Part shown: piece after piece, positions 7,359-15,365 of the stretch
How positions within the stretch are numbered: the first letter of the stretch is position 1
Layout: each line of letters begins with the position of its first letter
DNA from: a virus
Direction: 5' to 3' (one strand)
Virus record (IMG/VR): IMGVR_UViG_3300035649_000033
Span: 1-40,040 of that record
Length of the DNA: 40,040 nucleotides
Made by a program: the position numbers and the translations under genes
The notes under the pieces: generated by a model
The model's input: the letters and a program-made list of their open reading frames with translations, nothing else
Told to the model about the DNA's origin: nothing
The model's database searches: none

Positions 7359-7654
7359 TCTGGAGCTTCCACCGCGGCGAACTCGCCCTGCTGGAGGATG
7401 CGCCGCTGGCGGGGGATTCCGATTACGGGATCAAGCCTCCGGTTTATCTCGCCGTAGAAAACTGCCGCGCATCTGCAGCAATCCCCGGCGTGTATCAATA
7501 CAACGAGCTGCTGGAACGCTCGGGCAACCTGATGATCGTCTGGAATCGTCTCGAAAGCGCGTGGGAAGGCGCGATGCGGCGAAAAATCGGGGACGAGCTG
7601 GAGCGGCAGGGGCGTAATCGATACACCGGAGAAAAAACATCGAAAGGAGCATAA
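7349..7654 (+). CDS. Hypothetical early protein
   Basis: SD ggggaggaggag; 10-nt overlap with the upstream gene. Confidence 0.55.
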   Translation: MRLIWSFHRGELALLEDAPLAGDSDYGIKPPVYLAVENCRASAAIPGVYQYNELLERSGNLMIVWNRLESAWEGAMRRKIGDELERQGRNRYTGEKTSKGA

Positions 7655-7656
7655 CC

Positions 7657-8043
7657 ATGGCATTTGAACAGAAGGACGAGCTTTACCGGGTGATCGTTCG
7701 GGATCCGAAGCTCCCGCCGGAGGAACTGGCGAAGCATCACAAGGATCTATCCACAGCGGAGACCAAGCTATACGTGAAAGCGTATGCGGCCCTGGACGGC
7801 GCGGAGATCATCGTCAAAAAGTGCCCAGATGGTACATATTGCATCTGGGACTGGACCGAAAACGCCGATGCGCAGGTCCGCGACGCTTACTATGCAATCG
7901 AGCAAGACCGGGTATTCAGCGCATATTTCGGTGCGTATTGCGGCGACCGAGAAGGCTTTGAGAGGGCATGGGAAGAAGGCTGGGCGATCAAAACCGAAAT
8001 CACGCTTGCAGAGGATTTCTTCGAGATCATCGAAAAACTCTGA
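7657..8043 (+). CDS. Hypothetical early protein
   Basis: SD aaaggag; globular-looking composition. Confidence 0.6.
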   Translation: MAFEQKDELYRVIVRDPKLPPEELAKHHKDLSTAETKLYVKAYAALDGAEIIVKKCPDGTYCIWDWTENADAQVRDAYYAIEQDRVFSAYFGAYCGDREGFERAWEEGWAIKTEITLAEDFFEIIEKL

Positions 8044-8059
8044 GAAAGGAGGAACAACC

Positions 8060-8449
8060 ATGCTCACCGAAGAAACTGCCATCAAACTGATCCTCCAAGA
8101 ACTCGGCGCATCGCCCAATGCACTCCGGACGACTGGGGTACACAATGGTGAGATCAAAATGTATTTGGTCCACATGGGGCGCTATGACGTCAGAGTTACC
8201 GCATGTGATAAGGAAACCTTGCTCATGACCATTTGGCGCAGCGGCCAAAGCATCAGTACCTATCACAATGCGCAAACCCTGGCAGAGGACAAAACCCGCA
8301 CAGAGATCGAGCGCCGGGCCGCATATGCAGAAACCGTCCGCAATGCAATCTTAGGAATGGGTTTGGAAGGCTGCCGGGAATTGATCGACGCCTGGCAGGA
8401 TTTCTGCCGAGATGAACATGCGGTAAATACCAAAAATAACAATACATAA
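8060..8449 (+). CDS. Hypothetical early protein
   Basis: ATG 8060 follows SD aaaggagg. The longer track ORF (7784) is an out-of-frame extension across the previous gene. Confidence 0.6.
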   Translation: MLTEETAIKLILQELGASPNALRTTGVHNGEIKMYLVHMGRYDVRVTACDKETLLMTIWRSGQSISTYHNAQTLAEDKTRTEIERRAAYAETVRNAILGMGLEGCRELIDAWQDFCRDEHAVNTKNNNT

Positions 8450-8454
8450 AAAAT

Positions 8455-8624
8455 GGTCTGATCTCAGCAGCCACTGAGATCAGACCTCATAAAACAGCAG
8501 GGCTTCCCGCCCACACTTTACATATATAGTATAGCATTTTTGTGGCGGGAAGTCAATTTTTTTCGGGCGCCTGCGGGCGCCAATGCGGCTTGCTCACAGT
8601 ATTAACACTCCGACAGCAAGCCTC
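8455..8624. promoter_or_regulatory. Cluster of four inverted repeats upstream of the Rep-like gene (origin candidate)
   Basis: (1) 13-bp perfect stem 8455..8486. (2) cttcccgcc(c)ac/gtggcgggaag around an AT-rich 27-nt loop, 8503..8552. (3) GGGCGCC x2 at 8565 and 8575. (4) ggcttgct/agcaagcc 8586..8624. Confidence 0.4.
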
Positions 8625-8650
8625 AAAAAAAGAAAGGACGGAACGCCGCC

Positions 8651-9379
8651 ATGTACCTACAGAAAACCTACCGGGCCGGGAAAACCATCGAAATCCAGAA
8701 GCTTGCCATCCGCCGGTATCCCCGCAGCGCACGGCAGAAGAGGCACAGCCCCACCCCAGAGGCGATGGCAGCATATAACAAAAAGCTTGCAGAAAGGGAA
8801 CTGGCCCGGCTGCTCAATGAGAATTTCGGCCCGGGTGATCTGAGCATTATGGGAACCTATCGCAAAGCGGAACGCCCCACGCCGGAACAGGCGAAGAAAG
8901 ATCGGGAGAAGTTTTTGCGCAAGCTTCGGGAACACTTCCGCCGTCGCGGAGAGGAACTGCGTTATGTGGCGGTGACTGCCTACGGCGAGCGCGGCGCAAT
9001 CCATCATCACCTGGTGATCAGTGGGATGGATTACCGGGAGCTGCAAGCAATGTGGCCACATGGACGGGTGATTGTATCGCCGCTGGACGAAACGGGCAAT
9101 TACTGGCGGCTTGCATATTACTACGTCAACCAGTTGCATTCATCTCCTCTGACCGGGGAGGAAATCAAAGGGAAGCGGTGGAGTTGCAGCAAAAACCTGC
9201 GCCGCCCGCCGCCGAAAACAGAGGTCAAGGAGGCCCGAACGTGGCGGGATGAGCCGCGACCGCTCAATGGCTACTACATAGACAAGGACAGTGTCGAAAA
9301 CGGCATCTGCCCGCTAACCGGGGAGCCTTACCAGTTTTACAGGATGGTAAAAATCGCGCCGGAAAGGAGAAAGCGATGA
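8651..9379 (+). CDS. HUH-type rolling-circle replication initiator-like protein
   Basis: LSIMGTY (motif-1-like), GAIHHHLVISG (HUH motif) and NYWRLAYYYVNQ (Tyr motif) occur in canonical order. Confidence 0.6.
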   Translation: MYLQKTYRAGKTIEIQKLAIRRYPRSARQKRHSPTPEAMAAYNKKLAERELARLLNENFGPGDLSIMGTYRKAERPTPEQAKKDREKFLRKLREHFRRRGEELRYVAVTAYGERGAIHHHLVISGMDYRELQAMWPHGRVIVSPLDETGNYWRLAYYYVNQLHSSPLTGEEIKGKRWSCSKNLRRPPPKTEVKEARTWRDEPRPLNGYYIDKDSVENGICPLTGEPYQFYRMVKIAPERRKR

Positions 9380-9481
9380 GCGGAATACTTAACAAACCCA
9401 CATTGCCACGAGCCGTTTGAGTTGGAGGAATTGCTCGCCACAAATTGGTGCAATAAGCGATATATTGAGGAGAGAAATAGC

Positions 9482-9730
9482 ATGGGATACCTGAACGATA
9501 AGCACGGAATGACAATGATCGGTGCAACCCCTCCCGGCACCTGCCCGGAGTGCGCCGTTGCCCACGCGCCTGATCAGCCGCACAACCGGGACAGTCTATG
9601 CTATCAGTACAAATTTTATGATGTCCACGGCAGATGGCCGACATGGGAGGATGCAATGGCCCACTGTCCGCAGGAGGTAAAGGAAATATGGATAGTGGAA
9701 CTGAAAAAGCGCGGCGTGAAAGTGGGCTGA
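9482..9730 (+). CDS. Hypothetical Cys/His-containing small protein
   Basis: ATG 9482 follows SD gaggag. GTCPECAVAHAPDQPHNRDSLCYQYKF. Confidence 0.55.
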   Translation: MGYLNDKHGMTMIGATPPGTCPECAVAHAPDQPHNRDSLCYQYKFYDVHGRWPTWEDAMAHCPQEVKEIWIVELKKRGVKVG

Positions 9731-10356
9731 GAATACCAATGACTACTTTTGACCGCATGACGACCGCCGAATACCGCGTCTATCTCCAAAGCCTTGAGAG
9801 CGGGCAATCGTCCAAACCATCCAAAAAAATCGGAGCGTTGCCCGCATCCCGTTTCGGCCGCATGTCCGCCGCGGAATACCGCGCCCTGCTCAAAGCCGAA
9901 CAGCAGCCGAGCGGGCCGCAGCCCAAAGAGAAGGAAAAAACCCGAAAAAAAGCGCTCCCGCCCATCCCGACTGAGAGCGAAGAGCAGCGGGCTGTGATGG
10001 AATGGGCAGAAGCTGCGAGCGGACGGTGGCCAGAACTGCGGTTGCTCTACCATGTGCCAAATGAGGGCCAGCGGAGCATGGCCACCGGTGGGCGGCTGCG
10101 CGCGGAAGGCTTGAAAAGCGGCGTGCCGGATCTCTGCCTGCCGTCTGCGCACGGGAAATATCACGGACTGTACATCGAGATGAAGCGCACACAGGGCAGC
10201 AAGACCACGCCGGAACAGAAGGAATGGTTGGAGGCCCTGGAGGTGGAAGGATACAAAACGGCGCTGTGCAGGGGCGCGGATGCGGCGATTGAAATCATTG
10301 CGGATTACCTTGCACTGCCAAAATCGAGAAACGGAGGCGATGGGAATGACCTATGA
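9688..10356 (+). CDS. VRR-NUC domain nuclease
   Basis: ESEEQRAVMEW...HVPNEG...GVPDLCLP...GLYIEMKR...PEQKEWLEAL..GY. Start is uncertain: 9688 follows SD aggagg, and 9739 is the alternative. Confidence 0.8.
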   Translation: MDSGTEKARRESGLRIPMTTFDRMTTAEYRVYLQSLESGQSSKPSKKIGALPASRFGRMSAAEYRALLKAEQQPSGPQPKEKEKTRKKALPPIPTESEEQRAVMEWAEAASGRWPELRLLYHVPNEGQRSMATGGRLRAEGLKSGVPDLCLPSAHGKYHGLYIEMKRTQGSKTTPEQKEWLEALEVEGYKTALCRGADAAIEIIADYLALPKSRNGGDGNDL

Positions 10357-11410
10357 AGAAATGGCACAGAAGCAATCCTTGCCCTATGAATTAAAGGTTA
10401 TGGCGGCCCGTACACGCGCTTGGGAATTTTATAACAAAATCGTTGGAGAAGGGCACGACGTCCATGTGTCCGTAGGCGGATTGGACAGCATTACCCTGTA
10501 TTGCTTTTTAAAATCGATTGGTTTGAACGTGCATGGGATATCCGTTTCCAGCTTGGAGGATAAAAGCATACAGCGGGTACATAAAGAATTAGGAATAGAG
10601 ATCGTCCGGCCCTACAAAAGCAAATTGGAAGTCATCCAGGAGTTTGGATTTCCGGTTATTTCAAAGGCAAAGGCTCGCAAGATTGAACTGTTACAGCAGT
10701 CGAATTGCCCAAAGCAGACCTTTATTCACGCCATCATGACAGGGGATATGGGCAAACAGGGGAACTACAAACATAGCGACAAAATCAAGCTCCCTGATAA
10801 ATGGCTGGAATTGTTCGCAGGGAATTATCAGGAACACCGGCCGGATTTGCATTGCAAAAAAGCGCCGTTCAAGGTCAGCAGCGACTGCTGCAAATGGATG
10901 AAAGAACTGCCCTGCGACAATTGGGCGAAGGAGCATGACAGTTATCCCTACCTCGGATTGATGGCGAGTGAGGGTGGACAAAGGGAAATGGGGCTTGTCA
11001 AAAACGGCTGTAATTACTACGGCAAGAATTCCGTGCGCAGTTGCCCGTTTGCTCCTTTTTTGCGGCAGGATCTATTGCAGCTTGCATTAGATCTCAACGT
11101 ACATGTGCCTGAAGTTTACGGCTCCATTGAGCGGGCGGAGGATGGCACACTGTTTACGACGCGGGCACAGCGGACAGGGTGCAGTATGTGCGGGTTTGGA
11201 ATCCATCTCGAAAAGAGACCGCACCGGTTCGACCGGCTGAGAGAAGACAATCCAAAGGAATGGGAATTCTGGATGTATCGATGCTGTACCGATCCAGAAA
11301 CCGGGGAGAAATATGGTTGGGGGAGGGTACTCGACTATATCGGCATCGAATGGGAGGATGAATATATTGACTGGAGCAAGCGACAACTCAACCTCTTTCA
11401 AGCAGGGTGA
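10346..11410 (+). CDS. PP-loop ATPase / PAPS-reductase-family protein (DndC-like fold) with Cys-rich C-terminus
   Basis: HVSVGGLDSITL (SGGxDS-type PP-loop). Cys clusters SSDCCKW and TGCSMCGFG. ATG 10346 lies 8 nt after ggagg. Confidence 0.8.
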   Translation: MTYEEMAQKQSLPYELKVMAARTRAWEFYNKIVGEGHDVHVSVGGLDSITLYCFLKSIGLNVHGISVSSLEDKSIQRVHKELGIEIVRPYKSKLEVIQEFGFPVISKAKARKIELLQQSNCPKQTFIHAIMTGDMGKQGNYKHSDKIKLPDKWLELFAGNYQEHRPDLHCKKAPFKVSSDCCKWMKELPCDNWAKEHDSYPYLGLMASEGGQREMGLVKNGCNYYGKNSVRSCPFAPFLRQDLLQLALDLNVHVPEVYGSIERAEDGTLFTTRAQRTGCSMCGFGIHLEKRPHRFDRLREDNPKEWEFWMYRCCTDPETGEKYGWGRVLDYIGIEWEDEYIDWSKRQLNLFQAG

Positions 11411-11666
11411 CACTACGCATCCTTGGGCTCTTCGCTGGGCGCAGCGCCTTGCGAATGACATCCACCAGTCCCCGCAATTTGTTATGGAGTTAGAGCAACT
11501 GACAGCCAGAATGCCGGAAGCGCCGAGGGAAGACATGCGTACCGCCCTGTCATGGATGGTTGCAGCATATTATGAACATCTGAAGGGCCGATGGACCGAA
11601 GAGCGGACGAAAAAGCAGATCAGAGAAGCAGAAGAGCTGATGCAGAGAGGGGAGCTGATAAAGTGA
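11313..11666 (+). CDS. Hypothetical small protein (start uncertain: 11313, 11358 or 11484)
   Basis: Stop is GTGA-coupled to the helicase-MTase start. The C-terminal 60 aa look helical and protein-like. The N-terminus overlaps the upstream gene. Confidence 0.4.
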   Translation: MVGGGYSTISASNGRMNILTGASDNSTSFKQGDTTHPWALRWAQRLANDIHQSPQFVMELEQLTARMPEAPREDMRTALSWMVAAYYEHLKGRWTEERTKKQIREAEELMQRGELIK

Positions 11667-14179
11667 GAACCTATGAAGAATTTTTACGGTCTAAAATGGA
11701 GCTTGCCCCGAAGAGCGGGTTTGAGATAGATCCGTCGGAGATCAATCCCATCTTGAAACCGCACCAGCGGGATGCGGTGCAATGGGCGGTACGCGGCGGC
11801 CGGCGGGCATTGTTCGAGAGGTTCGGCCTCGGAAAGACCGTACAGGAGCTGGAATGGTGCCGAATCGTTACGGAGCGTCAGGGAGGACAGGCCCTACTGG
11901 TGTTGCCTCTGGGCGTGCGGCAGGAGTTTACCCACGACGCGCAGGAGCTGTTGCACATTGCCCCGCCGCAATATGTCCGCACGATGGAGGAAGTCCTACA
12001 GACGGAGGGACCGCTCCTGATGACCAACTATGAGCGGGTGCGGGACGGGGATATAGACCCGTCATATTTTACAACCGCTTGCCTCGATGAGGCGGCAGTG
12101 CTGCGCTCCTTCGGGAGCAAAACCTACCAGACGTTCCTTGACAAATTTAAGGGTGTGCCGTACAAGCTCGTAGCGACGGCCACGCCCGCGCCGAACCGGT
12201 ACAAGGAGCTGATCCACTATGCAGGGTATCTGGAAGTGATGGACACCGGGCAGGCCCTCACGCGGTTTTTCAAACGGGACAGCACGAAAGCGAATAACCT
12301 GACGCTTTACCCGCACAAAGAAGAGGAATTCTGGCTGTGGGTATCCTCCTGGGCGCTGTATATCTCGAAACCGTCCGATCTTGGCTACGATGATACCGGA
12401 TATGACCTGCCGCCGCTGGATGTGCGTTATCACAAGCTGTGCATGGACGCCGCGCCGGTCGTTGGCAAGGATGGGCAGGAGCATTTTCAGCGGGAGGCCT
12501 CTGTCTCCCTCAAGGACGCGGCTGCGGTCAAGCGAGAGAGCATCGCCACTCGCGTGGCAAAGGCGGCGGAGATCGTCGACGATAACCCGCAGGAGCATTT
12601 CATCCTCTGGCACGACTTGGAAGCGGAGCGGCACGCGATCAAAAAAGCTCTGCCGGAAGCCGTGGAAATCTACGGCTCGCAGGAGCTCGACGAGCGGGAA
12701 CGCAATACCATTGACTTTTCTAATGGGGAAATCCAACTGTTGGCCACGAAAAAGGAACTATCCGGATCAGGCTGCAACTTCCAGCGGCACTGCCACCGGG
12801 CGATTTTCGTCGGGATCGACTATGATTTTAACGACTTCATTCAGGCGATCCACCGTATTTACCGATTTTTACAGGGCGAGCGGGTTGTGATTGATATCAT
12901 TTACATGGATGCAGAAAGCGAGATTCTCAGGGCTCTGCAGCGCAAATGGGCGCAATACGATGAGATGACGGCAAAGATGGCCGAGATCGTCAAACAGTAC
13001 GGATTGTCGGGAACCAATATGATGGAAAAGTTGCAGCGCAGCATCGGTGTGGAGCGAAAAGAGATAAAAGGGGATCATTTCACCGCGGTGCAGAACGATT
13101 GCATTTTAGAATCGGAGCGTATGCCGGAGAACAGCATTGACCTGATTGTGACGAGCATCCCATTTTCCAACCATTATGAGTATACGGCGAGCTACAACGA
13201 CTTTGGGCACAATGAGGATACAAAGCGCTTTTTTGAGCAGATGGACTATCTGTCCCCGCAGCTGCTCCGGATCCTGCGTCCTGGACGGGTGATGGCGGTA
13301 CACGTCAAAGACCGGGTGCTGTTCGGCAACGCAACAGGAACGGGCATGCCGACGATGGAACCGTTTCACGCGATGTGCATTGAGCACTATATGCGCCACG
13401 GGTTTATGTACTTTGGGATGATAACGGTAATCACAGATGTGGTGCGGGAGAACAACCAGACCTACCGGTTGGGATGGACAGAGCAGTGCAAGGACGGAAC
13501 AAAGATGGGCGTCGGTTGCCCAGAATACATCCTTCTCTTTCGCAAGCTGCCGACGGACCGCAGCAAAGCCTATGCGGATACACCGGTGACGCGGACAAAG
13601 GAGGATTATCCGTTGGCGCAGTGGCAGATCGACGCACACGGCTTCTGGCGCAGCAGCGGGAACCGCCGGATGACGCGGGAGGAGATCAGTGCCATGCCGA
13701 TCGATCAGATCCAGCGCATTCAGAAGCAATTCTCCCGTTCGCATGTCTATGACTACATCCAGCATATCGGGTTCACAGAAGCATTGGGCGAAGCGGGAAG
13801 GCTGTCGAAAACCTTCATGACGGCGCCACCCGCGAGCTGGCACCCGGACGTATGGGACGACGTCAACCGTATGCGCACGCTCAACACGACGCAATCTGCC
13901 CGGCGGCAGCAGATGCACGTCTGCCCGCTGCAGATCGATATTGTACAGCGGCTGATTAACCGGTATTCCAACAAGGGGGACGTGGTGCTGGATCCGTTTG
14001 CAGGCCTGTTCACAGTGCCGGAGGAGGCAATTAAAATGGGCCGGGAAGGATACGGGATCGAACTGAATGTGGGATACTTTGCAGATGGTGTGGAATATTG
14101 CCGGTCAGCAGAAGCGGAGGTAGACCAGCCGACGCTGTTTGATTTCATAAAAAGCCAAAACGGGAGGGAAGCGGGTTGA
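11663..14179 (+). CDS. SNF2/DEAD-like helicase fused to an N6-A/N4-C type DNA methyltransferase domain
   Basis: Helicase motifs: PHQRDAV, GLGKT, LDEAAVL, QAIHRIYRFLQ. MTase motifs: DLIVTSIPFSNHYEY (motif IV variant) then VLDPFAGLFTVPEEAIKMGREGYGIELN (motif I), i.e. beta-class order. Confidence 0.85.
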   Translation: MRTYEEFLRSKMELAPKSGFEIDPSEINPILKPHQRDAVQWAVRGGRRALFERFGLGKTVQELEWCRIVTERQGGQALLVLPLGVRQEFTHDAQELLHIAPPQYVRTMEEVLQTEGPLLMTNYERVRDGDIDPSYFTTACLDEAAVLRSFGSKTYQTFLDKFKGVPYKLVATATPAPNRYKELIHYAGYLEVMDTGQALTRFFKRDSTKANNLTLYPHKEEEFWLWVSSWALYISKPSDLGYDDTGYDLPPLDVRYHKLCMDAAPVVGKDGQEHFQREASVSLKDAAAVKRESIATRVAKAAEIVDDNPQEHFILWHDLEAERHAIKKALPEAVEIYGSQELDERERNTIDFSNGEIQLLATKKELSGSGCNFQRHCHRAIFVGIDYDFNDFIQAIHRIYRFLQGERVVIDIIYMDAESEILRALQRKWAQYDEMTAKMAEIVKQYGLSGTNMMEKLQRSIGVERKEIKGDHFTAVQNDCILESERMPENSIDLIVTSIPFSNHYEYTASYNDFGHNEDTKRFFEQMDYLSPQLLRILRPGRVMAVHVKDRVLFGNATGTGMPTMEPFHAMCIEHYMRHGFMYFGMITVITDVVRENNQTYRLGWTEQCKDGTKMGVGCPEYILLFRKLPTDRSKAYADTPVTRTKEDYPLAQWQIDAHGFWRSSGNRRMTREEISAMPIDQIQRIQKQFSRSHVYDYIQHIGFTEALGEAGRLSKTFMTAPPASWHPDVWDDVNRMRTLNTTQSARRQQMHVCPLQIDIVQRLINRYSNKGDVVLDPFAGLFTVPEEAIKMGREGYGIELNVGYFADGVEYCRSAEAEVDQPTLFDFIKSQNGREAG

Positions 14180-15099
14180 AAAAACTGACGCATCTGTCCC
14201 TATTCTCCGGGATCGGCGGACTTGACCTCGCTGCCGAGCGGGCCGGCCTCCAGACGGTAGGGCAGTGCGAATTTGCAGATTACCCGTATAAGGTACTGTG
14301 CAAGCATTGGCCGGATGTCCCCAAATGGCGAGATATCCGCACGCTGACAGGGGAGGATTTTCATGCACGAACAGGATTGCGAACAGTTGACGTTCTTTCA
14401 GGGGGATTCCCCTGTCAACCGTTCTCCGTTGCCGGGAAGCGCAGAGGCGCGGAAGATGACCGTTACCTCTGGCCGGAAATGCTTAGAGTTATCAAAGAGC
14501 TGCGGCCCGCTTGGGTTATTGGAGAAAATGTTGCTGGAATCGTCAATATGGCGCTCGACACGGTGCTATCTGAATTGGAAGCCGAAGGCTACGAAACAAG
14601 GGCGTTTATTGTTCCAGCTTGCGGTGTCGATGCCCCACACCGAAGAGACAGGGTCGCAATTGTGGCTCGGCACAATGACGGCAAGCCAAACGGGAGGAAA
14701 CCACTCGTTGCGATCCCCAGAGAGGATGAAGGGAAGAACGCCAAGCCCTGCGGAGTTTGTTATGATGTGGCCCACCCCGAGGGCGAAGGAATCGGGGGAT
14801 TATCAGTACAGTGCAGGGAATCACAACAAGCCGATACCGACGCTTTCTGGCGCCGTAAAATTGTGGACAACTCCTACGGCCGCAGATTCGGTAGGCACAT
14901 CTGGCGGGAACAATTCGCGCAGTCTCAGGACGGATGTTGGTGGTCAGTTGAACCCGACGTGGGTCGAGTGGCTCATGGGATTCCCCACCGGGTGGACAGA
15001 CTTAGATGCCTAGGAAATGCGGTGGTTCCAGCACAGTTCTATCCGATTTTCAACGGGATAGCGCAAGCGGAATTACTTGGAAAGGAGGCACAAAAATGA
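14176..15099 (+). CDS. dcm: DNA cytosine-5 methyltransferase
   Basis: FSGIGG (I), GGFPCQPFS (IV), ENV (VI), HRRDRV (VIII), RLRCLGNAVVP (X). TTG start is coupled to the upstream TGA. Confidence 0.85.
   Translation: MKKLTHLSLFSGIGGLDLAAERAGLQTVGQCEFADYPYKVLCKHWPDVPKWRDIRTLTGEDFHARTGLRTVDVLSGGFPCQPFSVAGKRRGAEDDRYLWPEMLRVIKELRPAWVIGENVAGIVNMALDTVLSELEAEGYETRAFIVPACGVDAPHRRDRVAIVARHNDGKPNGRKPLVAIPREDEGKNAKPCGVCYDVAHPEGEGIGGLSVQCRESQQADTDAFWRRKIVDNSYGRRFGRHIWREQFAQSQDGCWWSVEPDVGRVAHGIPHRVDRLRCLGNAVVPAQFYPIFNGIAQAELLGKEAQK
14363..15013 (+). CDS. 216-codon ORF embedded in the +1 frame of the C5-MTase gene (candidate overprinted gene)
   Basis: SD gggagga lies 5 nt before the ATG. Repeated LW..T..A / MWPTPRA / LWTTPTA motifs; C-terminus LNPTWVEWLMGFPTGWTDL. 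GC3 shifts to this frame (see findings). Confidence 0.45.
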   Translation: MHEQDCEQLTFFQGDSPVNRSPLPGSAEARKMTVTSGRKCLELSKSCGPLGLLEKMLLESSIWRSTRCYLNWKPKATKQGRLLFQLAVSMPHTEETGSQLWLGTMTASQTGGNHSLRSPERMKGRTPSPAEFVMMWPTPRAKESGDYQYSAGNHNKPIPTLSGAVKLWTTPTAADSVGTSGGNNSRSLRTDVGGQLNPTWVEWLMGFPTGWTDLDA

Positions 15100-15365
15100 A
15101 AAGGAAAATCTGCTATATGGCGTATAGCATCATATATACCGCCCATATCCACGCCAATGCGCTGTGCCGGTTGAGGTTCCTGGTGATCAAGGCCCTTGCA
15201 AATCCGGACTACTGGCCGGCACATCATAAATGGTGCCCTACATGCAAATATCGCTGTTTGCAGCGAGCGGGCGTTTATGAGCGGGCGCGCGAGGGCTGGG
15301 CATACTATGGCATCACAATTCCGCCCGCAGAATCCCACCAAAAAATAAAGGAGTGTAACAAATGA
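15096..15365 (+). CDS. Hypothetical protein (89 aa, Cys-containing)
   Basis: ATGA coupling after SD aaggagg. Confidence 0.55.
   Translation: MKRKICYMAYSIIYTAHIHANALCRLRFLVIKALANPDYWPAHHKWCPTCKYRCLQRAGVYERAREGWAYYGITIPPAESHQKIKECNK

Noticed and set aside
9376-9420. 14-codon ORF overlapping the Rep stop (MSGILNKPTLPRAV)
   Set aside because: Too short and featureless to support. At most a translational coupling artefact.
13106-13918. 270-aa ORF antisense to the helicase-MTase gene (also 12062..12736, 18640..19491 and 23781..24725 antisense to other large genes)
   Set aside because: R/H/P-rich junk-like translations with no SD and no motifs, each fully inside a well-supported + strand gene.
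14176-15099. Programmed frameshift joining the Dcm N-terminal domain to the +1 frame
   Set aside because: Not needed. The zero frame is complete through motif X, and the +1 ORF has its own SD-ATG. No slippery heptamer was seen near 14640. It remains an alternative to test.
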